Source of the DNA: Octopus sinensis
Taxonomy: Eukaryota
Direction: 5' to 3'
Assembly (NCBI RefSeq): GCF_006345805.1
Contig: NW_021836179.1
Span: forward strand, 1 to 64,000
Length of the DNA stretch: 64,000 bases
Part shown: piece after piece, positions 1 to 12,341 of the stretch
How positions within the stretch are numbered: the first letter of the stretch is position 1
Layout: each line of letters begins with the position of its first letter
The notes under the pieces: generated by a model
Seen by the model: only the letters and a program-made list of their open reading frames with translations
What the model was told of the DNA's origin: nothing
Databases searched by the model: none
Program-made: the position numbers and the translations under genes

Positions 1-538
1 TATTTGAAAAAATTGGCGATCCTTCGGTATAGGTACACACGTGACTTGTTTACATTTCTGAAGAACCAGAACCCTTTTCTCCCACCCCTAACCCCAATTA
101 CATTATAATATATATATATGATATATAAAAGAACAACACTTTCTTGAAATGTATCCGGTACATATACCGAAGGTTTGCCAAAAAAAAAAAATATTTAAAA
201 ATCGTATAAATTGGTGAAATTTAAAAATTGGCGATCTTCGGTATAGGTACACACGTGACTTTGTTTACATTTCTGAAGAAACCAGAAACCCTTTTCTCCC
301 ACCCCTAACCCCACATATATATATATATATATATACATATATAAAAGAACAACACTTTCTTGAAATGTATCGGTGACATATACCGAAGTTTCGCCAAAAA
401 AAAAAAAAAATATTAAAAAAATCGCAAAAATTGGTGTAATTTAAAAATTGGCGATCCTTCGGTATAGGTACACACGTGACTTTGTTTACATTTCTGAAGA
501 AAACAGAAACCCTTTTCTCCCACCCCTAAAAAATAACC

Positions 539-604
<66 letters not shown>

Positions 605-760
605 TCATATATATAGAGGAGAGAGAGAGATGAGAGAGAGATGAGAGAGGAGAGAGAGAGAGAAACAAACACTTCCTTGAAATGTGTATCCGGTACATAT
701 ACCGAAGGTTCGCCCCCAAGAAACGCCCACCCCCAAAAAACTCGCATAAATTGGTGTAAA
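1..760. repeat. Tandem array (about 215-220 bp period, 3 units) of a MITE-like element plus flank
   Basis: TGGCGATC(C)TTCGGTATAGGTACACACGTGAC recurs at about 14, 229 and 449. Each unit ends in an imperfect inverted copy (TATACCGAAGGTTTGCCA about 163-180; TATACCGAAGTTTCGCCA about 380-397). The internal (TA)n/(GA)n tract varies in length. Confidence 0.7.
541..662. repeat. Compound (TA)n-(GA)n microsatellite
   Basis: Seen directly; it accounts for the spurious YIYI/SLSL ORFs. Confidence 0.95.
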
Positions 761-897
761 TTTCAAAGGATTTATTTCAAGAATTTCAGTTCAAACAAAA
801 CTCATTCCTTTTATTGCTACTCCACAAATTTTATAAGGTTTCAGAACAGCTCCGTCAAAACATTTAAGATTCATTCATTTTTATTATTTATTTCTAT

Positions 898-1290
898 ACT
901 AGCAGTATCGCCCGGCGTTGCTCGGGTTTGTAAAGGAAATAACTATATAAACATTTTTAGAGAGTTATAGCCAAAAAGTAGCAAAAAAGTGCATTAAAAA
1001 TGGAAGAAAAATGATGGTAAATCTTTTTAAAGATCGTTGACTCATCGCAGACATTTTTAGAGAGTTACTTCCCTTTAAAAAAATGCATTAAATGGAAAAA
1101 AAATGGTAAATTATTTTTAAATCGTAGACTCATCGTAGACGCGCGCTAATACCCAGAAGGGCTCGATATTGAATCACGACTATAAGATACCCGAATTGGT
1201 TAAACTGCACCGCAAAATGTGGAGTAGTTAGGAATCTAGATCAGAGTAGACAGACACACAACTTCACTTTTATATATAAGATATATATAG
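898..1290 (+). mobile_element. Non-autonomous Helitron-like (DINE-1/Lep1-type) element
   Basis: Starts ACTAGCAGTATCGCCCGGCGTTGCTCGGG (CCCG/CGGG stem) and ends ...AGACAGACACACAACTTCACTTTTATATAT. A relative with similar ends lies at 5300. The family call rests on this terminal architecture only. Confidence 0.55.
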
Positions 1291-1428
1291 AGATAAAAGG
1301 GATTGTGTTGCGTACATTTCGCGATTCTTCTGATTCCAAGAGGTGAAGGTGCACAGCCTCTCTAGAAATGGTTTAAGAAATACGTAATGATCAGTCGGTT
1401 TTGTAAAAAAAAAAATAATTGATGTTAC

Positions 1429-1454
1429 GGCGATCTTGAAAACGAAAGATCGCC
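1429..1454. mobile_element. 26-bp collapsed MITE remnant with 8-bp target-site duplication
   Basis: GGCGATCTTGAAAACGAAAGATCGCC flanked by GATGTTAC (1421-1428) and GATGTTAT (1455-1462). Its termini match those of the MITE at 43364-43783. Confidence 0.65.
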
Positions 1455-1604
1455 GATGTTATTTGAATTCTGTTTGTTTAGGCATGATTTTCCATGTTGC
1501 GGGGAACTTTTTTAATTACAGTAATCCATCGCCATACCACGGTTTATTATTTAAGCTTACAACGATTGCTCTGTGTGTGTGTTTTGCATCTATAATAAAA
1601 TTCT

Positions 1605-1780
1605 GGAGTGGCTGTGTGGTAAGTAGCTTGCTTACTAACCACACACGTTCCGGGTTCAGTCCCACTGCGTGGCACCTTGGGCAAGTGTCTCTACTATAGC
1701 CTCGGGCCGACCAATGCCTTGTGAGTGGATTGGTAGACGGAAACTGAAAGAAGCTCGTCGTATATATATACATATATATA
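1605..1780 (+). mobile_element. tRNA-derived CORE-type SINE, 5' half (head duplication)
   Basis: GGAGTGGCTGTGTGGTAAG...CCTTGGGCAAGTGTC...GAAAGAAGC, immediately upstream of a full copy. Confidence 0.8.
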
Positions 1781-1942
1781 GGCGCAGGAGTGGCTGTGTG
1801 GTAAGTAGCTTGCTTACCAACCACATGGTTCCGGGTTCAGTCCCACTGCGTGGCACCTTGGGCAAGAGTCTTCTACTATAGCCTCGGGCCGACCAATGCC
1901 TTGTGAGTGGATTTGGTAGACGGAAACTGAAAGAAGCCTGTC

Positions 1943-1984
<42 letters not shown>

Positions 1985-2183
1985 TGTGTGTTGTGTTTGT
2001 TCCCCTAGCATTGCTTGACAACCGATGTGGTGTGGTTTACGTCCCCGTCACTTAGCGGTTCAGCAAAAAGAGACCGATAGAATAAGTACTGGGCTTACAA
2101 AGATAAGTCTTGGGGTCAATTTGCTCGACTAAAGGTGGTGCTCCAGCATGGCCACAGTCACATGACTGAAACAAGTAAAAGAG
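1781..2183 (+). mobile_element. tRNA-derived CORE-type SINE, full length
   Basis: A-box TGGCTGTGTGG, B-box GGTTCAGTCC, CORE-like CCTTGGGCAAG, central (TA)n, 3' end TGACTGAAACAAGTAAAAGAG. Several copies occur in the window. Confidence 0.85.
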
Positions 2184-2237
2184 TATATATATATAGATAT
2201 AAATATATACAAATTATCCTTGGGTGCTCGGTTGCTT

Positions 2238-3798
<1,561 letters not shown>

Positions 3799-3932
3799 AT
3801 TAATTCTTGAAGAATTCTTCGAAAGCTGACGAAAGTCTGAGGTGATCTAAAACAGTCCAGTTTGCCTCGGGTATTACAGATCTCTGTTTACATGTGTGGA
3901 ACGGATGTAATGTAAATATACTTTCTACTTAC

Positions 3933-4026
3933 CAGTAGAATGTTTGTATAGGGTCCAAATGAAAAGTGAAGAAATGTGAGGAATATCCATTGATTTGTCT
4001 TCGATTAAAAGGCATTTCCCCCTGTC
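3933..4026 (-). other. Putative non-coding 5'-UTR exon of the 2.2-3.8 kb ZNF gene
   Basis: Acceptor CCCCATTTTACAG|GACAGGGG and donor ATTCTACTG|GTAAGT. Homologous to the exon repeated in the array (CCCTATTTTACAG|GAAAGGGG ... ATTCTAATG|GTAAGT). Confidence 0.6.
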
Positions 4027-4361
4027 CTGTAAAATGGGGAAAACCAATTAACGAAGTAAAGCTGTGATCAAATGAAATATTTAATCATGAAGGCGAGGGA
4101 ACAATCGACCCTCAAACCTGTAGGTTGCCCTGTCTTATCCTCAAATACCAACGATCTCCTTGACATGAGATAATTACTAGATATGATATAATTAGAGTCA
4201 GCTCGTGAAATTGATGAAACCAAGTGCGTGGTATAATTAACAATTGTCTCCCCCTGTTTGAAAACACCGGTGGTGTCATAGAGAAAAGTCCTTGATGTAA
4301 TTTAAAACATTGAAAAACATCATCTTAGGTGACAATTTCACGGCCTCCTGAGATACGCATA

Positions 4362-4920
4362 TGTTTCTTATTACCACAAGGGGCTAAACACAGAGGGGAC
4401 AAACAAGGATAGACAAACGAATTTAAGTCGATTACATCGACCCCAATGCGTAACTGGTACTTAATTTATCGACCCCGAAAGGATGAAAGACAAAGTCGAC
4501 CTCGGCGGAATTTGAACTCACAACGTAACGGCAGACGAAATCCCCTATTCTTTATCACTCACAAGGGGCTAAACACACAGAGGGGACAAACAAGGACAAA
4601 AAAACGAATTTAAGTCGATTACATCGACCCCAATGCGTCGAACTGGTACTTAATTTATTTATCGACCCGAAAGGATGAAAGGCAAAGTCGACCTCGGCGG
4701 AATTTGAACTCACAACGTAACGGCAGACGAAATCCCCATTTCTTTATTACTTACAAGGGGCTAAACACAGAGGGGACAAACAAGGACAGACAAACTAATT
4801 TAAGTCGATTAAATCGACGCCAGTGCGTAACTGGTACTTATTTATCGACCCCGAAAGGATGATGAAAGACAAAGTCGACCTCGGCGGAATTTGAACTCAC
4901 AACGTAGCAGCAGACGAAAT
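4362..4920 (-). mobile_element. Three head-to-tail copies (about 185-190 bp) of a 5'-truncated Deu/Nin-domain-like SINE
   Basis: The reverse strand reads GAGTTCAAATTCCGCCGAGGTCGACTTTGCCTTTCATCCTTTCGGG..GATAAA..AAGTACCAG, resembling the Deu/Nin SINE core, three times. Confidence 0.7.
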
Positions 4921-4931
4921 ACGGCTACGCA

Positions 4932-5010
4932 TGGCGATCCTTCGGTATAGGTACACACGCGACTTTGTTTACATTTCTGAAGATAACAGAAAACCCTTTT
5001 GTCCCACCCC
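4932..5010 (+). mobile_element. Left end (about 78 bp) of the MITE-like element arrayed at 1-760
   Basis: TGGCGATCCTTCGGTATAGGTACACACGCGACTTTGTTTACATTTCTGAAG...CCCACCCC matches the unit start. Confidence 0.7.
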
Positions 5011-5029
5011 CTGACGTTGATACTTTGTT

Positions 5030-5278
5030 CTCATTGGCTGATATGAAAAGCGGACGTGACGTCATCAGACAAAGCGAGAACCTGCTTGATTAGTGTGAGA
5101 CACTTTAAAAGGAAGAGAAATTAGTGGAAAACGAAGCCTGTTCGATTGTTGCTTCTTCTGTGGTGAACAGAAAGCCATTGCCTGTTTATTTGAGTAGTAA
5201 ATAGGTTCTGTCAATTCTCTTCTTCTTCGTCGACGTCATGACACAACGTGGGAGAGGCAGAAGGAGTTACTATCCATG
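5030..5278 (+). promoter_or_regulatory. Candidate bidirectional promoter and first exon
   Basis: Inverted CCAAT (ATTGG 5033-5037), perfect CRE TGACGTCA (5057-5064), a second GACGTCA at 5232, and donor ATG|GTAAGA at 5278/5279. It lies between divergent ZNF genes. Confidence 0.5.
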
Positions 5279-5299
5279 GTAAGACCAAAATATTGAAAT

Positions 5300-5681
5300 A
5301 CTAGCAGAATCGCCCGGCCTTGCTCGGGTTTCTTTCGACCCTTTAGAATTGGAATTTTTGAAAAGTAAAAATTTTGCATTATGTAGCTTGTTATTCTCTT
5401 TAAGTGAACATTTTTCTGGTTGAAATACACCGAAAAATGTCGAAACAGTAGTAAATAAATCGTAAAAAATAGGAATTTTCATAGAAAAAAGCACCTTTTT
5501 GATGTAAATAATTTCTGGTGTTAACGTGGTTCGATTTGAATTTTTTCTTCTACAGAAGGAAGAGCAAGCCTTCTTCTATCATACTCTCAATTTTGGTCAA
5601 CTTGCACCGCAGGGTTTCGGAGGAGATAGTGTTAGTTGAAGGCTACCACACATACACACACACAGACAACTTCAGCTTTAT
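5300..5681 (+). mobile_element. Non-autonomous Helitron-like element
   Basis: ACTAGCAGAATCGCCCGGCCTTGCTCGGG start and ACACACAGACAACTTCAGCTTTATT end; similar termini to 898-1290. Confidence 0.55.
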
Positions 5682-5857
5682 TTCGCTCAACACTCATTTC
5701 CGCCCGCAAATTACTTGTGTCACTTTTCTGTGAGTCTACTTCCACCACAAAATCTCCGTATTTTTATATGTGGCTTACAAAAAAAAGTTTCGAAAGAAAT
5801 GTTAAAAATTAAGAAATAGGGGTGGGTGGGGATTTAAGAGTTTGAGAGTGAGATCTC

Positions 5858-6130
5858 TCTTTTACTTGTTTCAGTCATTTGACTGCGGCCATGCTGGAGT
5901 ACCGCCTTTAATCGAGCAACTCGACCCCGGGACTTATTCTTTTTTGTAAGCCCAGTACTTATTCTATCGGTCTCTTTTTGCCGAACCGCTAAGTAACGGG
6001 GACGTAAACACACCAGCATCGGTTGTCAAGCAATGCTAGGGAGACAAACACATACACACATATACATATATACGACGGGCTTCTTTCAGTTTCCGTCTAC
6101 CAAATCCACTCACAAGGCATTGGTCGGCCT
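5858..6130 (-). mobile_element. CORE-type SINE, 3' two-thirds
   Basis: Reverse complement of the family at 1781-2183. Confidence 0.85.
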
Positions 6131-6253
6131 TGATCGTATTTTCCTGTACTGAAAACATAGGAATCTACAAAGATTTTGAAAAAAAAAAGCATCCGAAATG
6201 TGTGCTATGCATGTGCTTTACTTTTGCTGAAAATGCATTGAGTTGTTCCCATT

Positions 6254-6605
6254 ATCATCATCATCGTTTAACGTCCGTTTTCCATGCTAGCATGGGTTGG
6301 AAGGTTCAACTGGGGTCTGGAAAGGCAGGAGGCTGCACCAGTCTCCAATCTGATCTGGCAATGTTTCCTAACGCCAACCAATCCGTGAGTGTAGTGGGTG
6401 CTTTGTACGTGCCACTGGCACAGGTGTCAGACGAGGCTGGCAAACGGCCACAATTGGATGGTGCATTTTACATGCCACCAGCACGGGGGCCAGACGAGGC
6501 TGGCAACGGCCATGATCGGATGGTGCATTTTACGTGCCACCAGCACTGGTATCACAGCTACAATTTCCATTGATGTTGATTGATTTCGATTTTCATTTTC
6601 ATTTT
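6254..6605 (-). mobile_element. 5'-truncated RTE LINE 3' UTR with (GAT)n tail
   Basis: Reverse complement matches the 3' UTR of the RTE at 23.3-26.0 kb, including about 2-3 minisatellite units and the CGTTAAACGATGATG tail. Confidence 0.8.
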
Positions 6606-6728
6606 TTCCCATGTGCGTATACAAGCAATGTATCGTGTGGGGTCAGTGTGACCAACAGCCACTGGACAGTCAATAACGGCGTGATTGCTTTCCAGTGTCT
6701 GAATAACACCTGAAATCATTCTCTTCAG

Positions 6729-6866
6729 ATTTCCGCCCGTCCAGCTGGGCCGAAGTGGTCATCTGTATTCTTCTACTGCCAGCTTCTAAAGGGCAGAGGA
6801 ATGCAGCCCCAGTCTGCTGCTACACTGGGCCAAAATATTTCAACTACCCAGCTACAGATTAACAGA
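6729..6866 (+). other. Putative 5'-UTR exon
   Basis: Acceptor TCATTCTCTTCAG|ATTTCC and donor AGA|GTAAGT, upstream of the terminal-exon acceptor at 7073/7074. Confidence 0.4.
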
Positions 6867-7353
6867 GTAAGTACATGACCTAAGAAACAAAGTACTAGTG
6901 TTGGTTTTTGCATCTAAACCCTGCCATACTGTATTCCAGCATGGCCACAGCCCAGTACCTGAAACAAGTAAAAGATAATATATATCTTTCACATAATCAT
7001 AATTAGAACCTGTACAATCTTCCACTCTGTAATCTCATTTTCTGTAATGTCTACTGTTTCTCTCTTATTTCAGATTACTGGATAACATTGGATTAAAGGA
7101 TTTATCATTTTTGAAAGATTAAACAAAGCTGTGACACAGAACAAAGAGATCCCTGTTTATAGAAAGAAGGTAAATTTTGTGTGAAATATTTCTTGCGACT
7201 GCAGCAATATTTCTTCTTCAATGAGGATTTTGCATTCCTATTAACCTTGGATTACAAAAGAGCTGGCAGCTTCTGCAGATATTGACCAAGATAAGAAATT
7301 TTATAGGAATGAAGTGTGTAAACATCTGCATATTGTGGTGAGAAAATATAATT

Positions 7354-8705
7354 ATGGAAAGTGAATTGCGTGAGGACAATGTGAAATGTAAAATGCTGAC
7401 GGAAAGTCTTGACTTTATTGAGGAGGTGCCAAAAGATAGAGGAAAAACATCTCACAACTGTGATATCTGTAAAAAGTCATTTACTCGGAAAGAAAGCCTC
7501 ACGATTCACAGACGTATTCATACAGGAGAGAAACCATACCACTGTGATATCTGTGGAAAATCATTCTCTCAAAGTCACCACTTAACTAAACACAAGCGTG
7601 TTCATACAGGGGAGAAACCATATCGCTGTGACATTTGTGGTCAGTCATTCTCTGTTGGAAGTACCCTGACTAAACACAAACACATTCACACTGGTGAGAA
7701 GCCATTTCATTGTGATGTGTGTGGTCACGCATTCTCTATACAAATAATTTAACAAAACACAAACACATTCATACAAGAGAGAGGCCTTATCAGTGTGATT
7801 TCTGCTGTAAATCATTCTCTAAAATTTCTATGTTAACTAAACACAAGCGAATTCATACTGGAGGGAAACCGTATCAGTGTGATTTCTGTGGAAAATCATT
7901 CTCTAAAAATTCTACCTTAACTAAACACAGGCGTATTCATACTCGAGAGAGACCTTATCGGTGTATTACCTGTGGTCAATCATTTTCCTCAGGAAGTTCC
8001 TTAACTAAGCACAAACGTGTTCACACTGGAGAGAAACCATTCCATTGTGATTTATGTGACAGGTCATTCTCTGGACGATTTTCCTTAACCACACACCGAC
8101 GCATTCATACAGGGGAGAGACCTTATCGGTGTGATATCTGTGGTAAATCATTCTGTCGAAATGACCACTTGACTGCACACAGGCGAATTCATACTGGAGA
8201 GAGACCGTATCAGTGTGATATCTGTGGCCAGTCTTTTTCTGTACGGAGTTCCTTAAATAAACACAAACGCACTCACACAGGGGAGAGGCCTTATCAATGT
8301 GCCATCTGTGGTCAGTTGTTCTCTGAAGGAAGTTCCTTAACTAAGCACAAGCGCATTCACACTGGGGAGAAACCATTTTGTTGTGACATCTGTGGACTCT
8401 CATTCTCTTCAGGATTTCTTTTGACTACACACAAACGCACTCACACGGGAGAGAAACCTTTTCGGTGTGACACGTGTGGTAAATCATTCTCTCGAAATCA
8501 ACACTTAACGAGACACAAACGAGTTCACACAGGTGAGAAGCCGATTCATTGTGATATCTGTGGCCAGTCATTTTCTGTTGGAAGTAGTTTAACTAACCAC
8601 AAACGAATCCATACGGGAGAGAGACCTTATCGGTGTGACACATGTGGGAAATCATTCTCTCGAAATGATTGCTTAAATGAACACAAACGCATTCATAAAA
8701 GATAA
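7354..8705 (+). pseudogene. C2H2 zinc-finger gene, 15 fingers if repaired; 1-nt deletion in finger 4 (about 7740)
   Basis: ORFs 7354-7752 and 7719-8705 join with 5 nt instead of 6 between the codons for F-S and N-N-L. It has a 33-aa MESEL... leader and no KRAB/BTB/ZAD domain. True pseudogene versus sequence error is unresolved. Confidence 0.8.
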
Positions 8706-9772
8706 AAAGCATTTCACTTTGGTAAATCATTCTCTGATAATGATTTTTGACTGAAACAAATGCATTCAAGGAGTGGAGGAACCGTATCACTGTGATATTT
8801 GTGGTAAATCATTCTCTCAAAAACACAATTACACTTAATTGCATTCAAACTGGAGAGGAATCATATCAGTGTGTTAATCTGTGGCCAGTTGTTCTTTGAT
8901 GGAAGTACATCAACTAAACACCTCGGCATTCATATAGAGAGGTTGATTCCATTCTTTATCATGGTCTTAAGAATGGAATCAACCTTTCTGTCTGTATATC
9001 TACCTTCTTTATAATGTTGGCAAACGAAATGGAGATAAGAATATGTATTGTCTGTTTGATGGAAGACTTCTATAAATGGCTGAAGATTGCTCAACATTTT
9101 AAAACTGATGTAATTACTCACAGTGTTTAATAAAATGAAGTAGCATGAAACGATTGTACCAAATTACCTAAGATATTCTTGTTGCTTATTTTGATTATAA
9201 TCACCCCATAGATTTATATGGATAATACCGTACAAAATTCTGGTGCCTCTGACTTAAGTACCATATTCATTTGAATCTAAATTTTGCTGAACCTATATAT
9301 ATATATATTGAAGGCTAGACCCTTCAATGCTGTGCTCCAGTATGGCCACAGTCCAGTACCTGAAACAAGTGAAAGATGAAAAAAATATCTTCCCATAGTC
9401 ATGAATATAACATGTAAAATCTTCCACTGTGTAGTCTCTGTTGTTTTATCAAGTATCCTCTGTAATTTCTGTTGTTTCTCTCTTATTTCAGATTACGGGA
9501 TAACATTGGATTAAAGGATTTATCATTATTGAAAGATTAAACAAAGCTGTGACACAGAACAAAGAGATCCCTGTTTATAGAAAGAAGGTAAATTTTGTGT
9601 GAAATATTTCTTGCGACTGCAGCAATATTTCTTCTTCAATGAGGATTTTGCATTCCTATTAACCTTGGATTACAAAAGAGCTGGCAGCTTCTGCAGATAT
9701 TGACCAAGATAAGAAATTTTATAGGAATGAAGTGTGTAAACATCTGCATATTGTGGTGAGAAAATATAAATT

Positions 9773-11065
9773 ATGGAAAGTGAATTGCGTGAGGACAATG
9801 TGAAATGTAAAATGCTGACGGAAAGTCTTGACTTTATTGAGGAGGTGCCAAAAGATAGAGGAAAAACATCTCACAACTGTGATATCTGTAAAAAGTCATT
9901 TACTCGGAGAGAAAGCCTCACGGTTCACAAACGTAGTCATACAGGAGAGAAACCATATCGCTGTGATATCTGTGGAAAATCATTCTCTCAAAGTTACCAC
10001 TTAACTAAACACAAGCGCATTCATACGGGAGTTAAACCATATCACTGTGATATCTGTGGTAAATCATTCTGTCAAAGCATTCATTTAACTAAACACAAGC
10101 GTATTCACACAGGGGAAAAACCATATCACTGTGATATCTGTGGTAAATCATTCTCTGTAAGTAGTGAGTTAACTAGACACAAACGAATCCATACAGGAGA
10201 GAAACCTTATCAATGTGATATCTGTGGTAAATCATTCTCTAAAAATTTTGTCTTAACTAATCACAAACGCATTCATACAGGAGAGAAACCGTACCAGTGT
10301 GGTATCTGTGGTCAATCATTTTCTGCAGGAGGTTCCTTACATAAGCACAAGCGCATTCATACAGGGGAGAAACCATATCGCTGTGATATCTGTGGGAAAT
10401 CATTCTCTCAAAATGATAAATTAACTAACCACAGGCGCGTTCATACAGGAGAGAAACCTTATGAGTGTGATATCTGTGGTAAATTATTCTCTCAAAATTC
10501 TGCCTTGACTGAACACAAACGCATTCATACAGGAGAGAAACCATATCAGTGTGAAATCTGTGGCCAGTCTTTCGCTGCAGGAGGGTCTTTACATAAGCAC
10601 AAACGCATTCACACAGGGGAGAAACCTTACCAATGTGATATCTGTGGTGAATCATTCTCCATAAATGATCAATTAACTAAACACAAACACATTCACACAG
10701 GAGAGGAGCCATTTCAGTGTGATGTATGTGGTCAGTCGTACTCTACTGCAGGTTCCTTGAGTACACACAAACGTATCCATACAGGTGAGAAGCCTTTTCG
10801 TTGTGATATCTGTGGTAAATCGTTCTGTCAAAATCAACAGGTAATTTCACATAAACGGGTTCACACAGGTGAGAGGCCCTACCACTGCGATATCTGTGGC
10901 CAGTCGTTTTCTGAAAGTAGTAGCTTAACTAAACACAAACGCATTCATACGGGAGAGAGACCTTATCGGTGTGACACCTGTGGTAAATCATTCTCTCGAA
11001 ACGATCACTTAAATAAACACAAATGCATTCATAGAAGAGAATCGTTGTCTGATAACCATTTCTGA
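9773..11065 (+). CDS. C2H2 zinc-finger protein, 14 fingers (430 aa)
   Basis: Intact ORF: 33-aa leader plus 14 CxxC-x12-HxxxH repeats with TGEKP-type linkers. Acceptor TTATTTCAG at 9491/9492. Confidence 0.92.
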   Translation: MESELREDNVKCKMLTESLDFIEEVPKDRGKTSHNCDICKKSFTRRESLTVHKRSHTGEKPYRCDICGKSFSQSYHLTKHKRIHTGVKPYHCDICGKSFCQSIHLTKHKRIHTGEKPYHCDICGKSFSVSSELTRHKRIHTGEKPYQCDICGKSFSKNFVLTNHKRIHTGEKPYQCGICGQSFSAGGSLHKHKRIHTGEKPYRCDICGKSFSQNDKLTNHRRVHTGEKPYECDICGKLFSQNSALTEHKRIHTGEKPYQCEICGQSFAAGGSLHKHKRIHTGEKPYQCDICGESFSINDQLTKHKHIHTGEEPFQCDVCGQSYSTAGSLSTHKRIHTGEKPFRCDICGKSFCQNQQVISHKRVHTGERPYHCDICGQSFSESSSLTKHKRIHTGERPYRCDTCGKSFSRNDHLNKHKCIHRRESLSDNHF

Positions 11066-11597
11066 ATGAAACACAAATCTTTTCAAACAGTGGAGGAAAC
11101 ATATCACTGATATCTGTTGTAAATTGTTTTCCCAAAACTCAACTTAATAATACAGGTGTGCATTCATACAGGTGAGAAACCATATCATTTTGATAACTTT
11201 GGTCAACTATTTAATCAAATGGCTAATTTGATTTAAAATAAAGATATTTATACAAGGAATGTTCTATACTTACGAGACATGGACCTGCATATCTGGATTC
11301 TGTTAATTTCATAACATTCCGTTACATTTTCTTTTATTGCCAGTCCATATGTTCTTGTTTCATTTTGGCTGCTATTTCTAGCGGGGCAAATTGTAAATAT
11401 TTCACTCTTTCTTTTGAATTTCCATTTTTTATTTAAATAAAAAAAAATCCCTTTTGTTTGCATCATTTGCGTTCTTAAATTCTTTTTCTTTCTTTTTTTT
11501 TAATAGCAATAAACGTCTTGACACAACAAAGAAGATTTCACAGGGTCTCTTATTAACTCTATACATGACTAAAAGCATAGCTACACTAATGCCTGTC

Positions 11598-11790
11598 TTT
11601 CCATGCTGGCATGGGTTGGACAGTTCAACCGGGGTCTGGGAAGCCAGAAGGCTGCACCGGGATTCATTTGATCTGGCAAAGTTTCTACGGCTGGATGCCC
11701 TTCCTTACGCCAACCACACCGTGAGTGTCGTGGGTGCTTTTTACGTGCCACCGGCACAGGTGCCAGACGAGGCTAGCATGATGATGATGA
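11598..11790 (-). mobile_element. RTE LINE 3'-end fragment
   Basis: TTTCCATGCTGGCATGGGTTGGACAG...GGATGCCCTTCC...GTGCCACCGGCAC matches the RTE 3' UTR. Confidence 0.75.
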
Positions 11791-11834
11791 TGATATATAT
11801 GTATATATGTTCATTTAAGAAACCTCATCATATA

Positions 11835-12213
11835 GGCGCAGGAGTGGCTGTGTGGTAAGTTGCTTGTTTACCAACCACATGGTTCCGGGTTCAGTCCCAC
11901 TGTGTTGCACCTTGGGCAAGTGTTCTACTATAGCCTCGGGCCGACCAAAGCCTTCTGAGTGGATTTGGTAGACGGAAACTGAAAAGAAGCCCGTCGTATA
12001 TATGTATATGTATATATGCATTTGTGTGTCTGTTTGTCCCCCCAACATCCGATGCTGGTGTGTTTACGTCCCCATTACTTAGCGGTTCGGCAAAAAGAGA
12101 CCGATAGAATAAGTACTGGGCTTACAAAAGAATAAGTCCCAGGGTCGAGTTGCTCGATTAAAGGTGGTGCTCCAGCATGGCCGCAGTCAAATGACTGAAA
12201 CAAGTAAAAGAGT
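11835..12213 (+). mobile_element. CORE-type SINE, full length
   Basis: GGCGCAGGAGTGGCTGTGTGGTAAG through TGACTGAAACAAGTAAAAGAG. Confidence 0.88.
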
Positions 12214-12341
12214 ATAACCATGTTGCCAGCTTTAAGACAATCCAATGTTTGGATGGTCCTTTTTACATACCACTGACACGGAGAGAGAGTCAGGCAGCAT
12301 GGTGCTTATTGCATGCCACCAGCAACATATATATGTATATA

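Noticed and set aside
486-2021. YIYIYI / SLSL-rich ORFs
   Set aside because: Translations of (TA)n/(GA)n microsatellites and SINE sequence.
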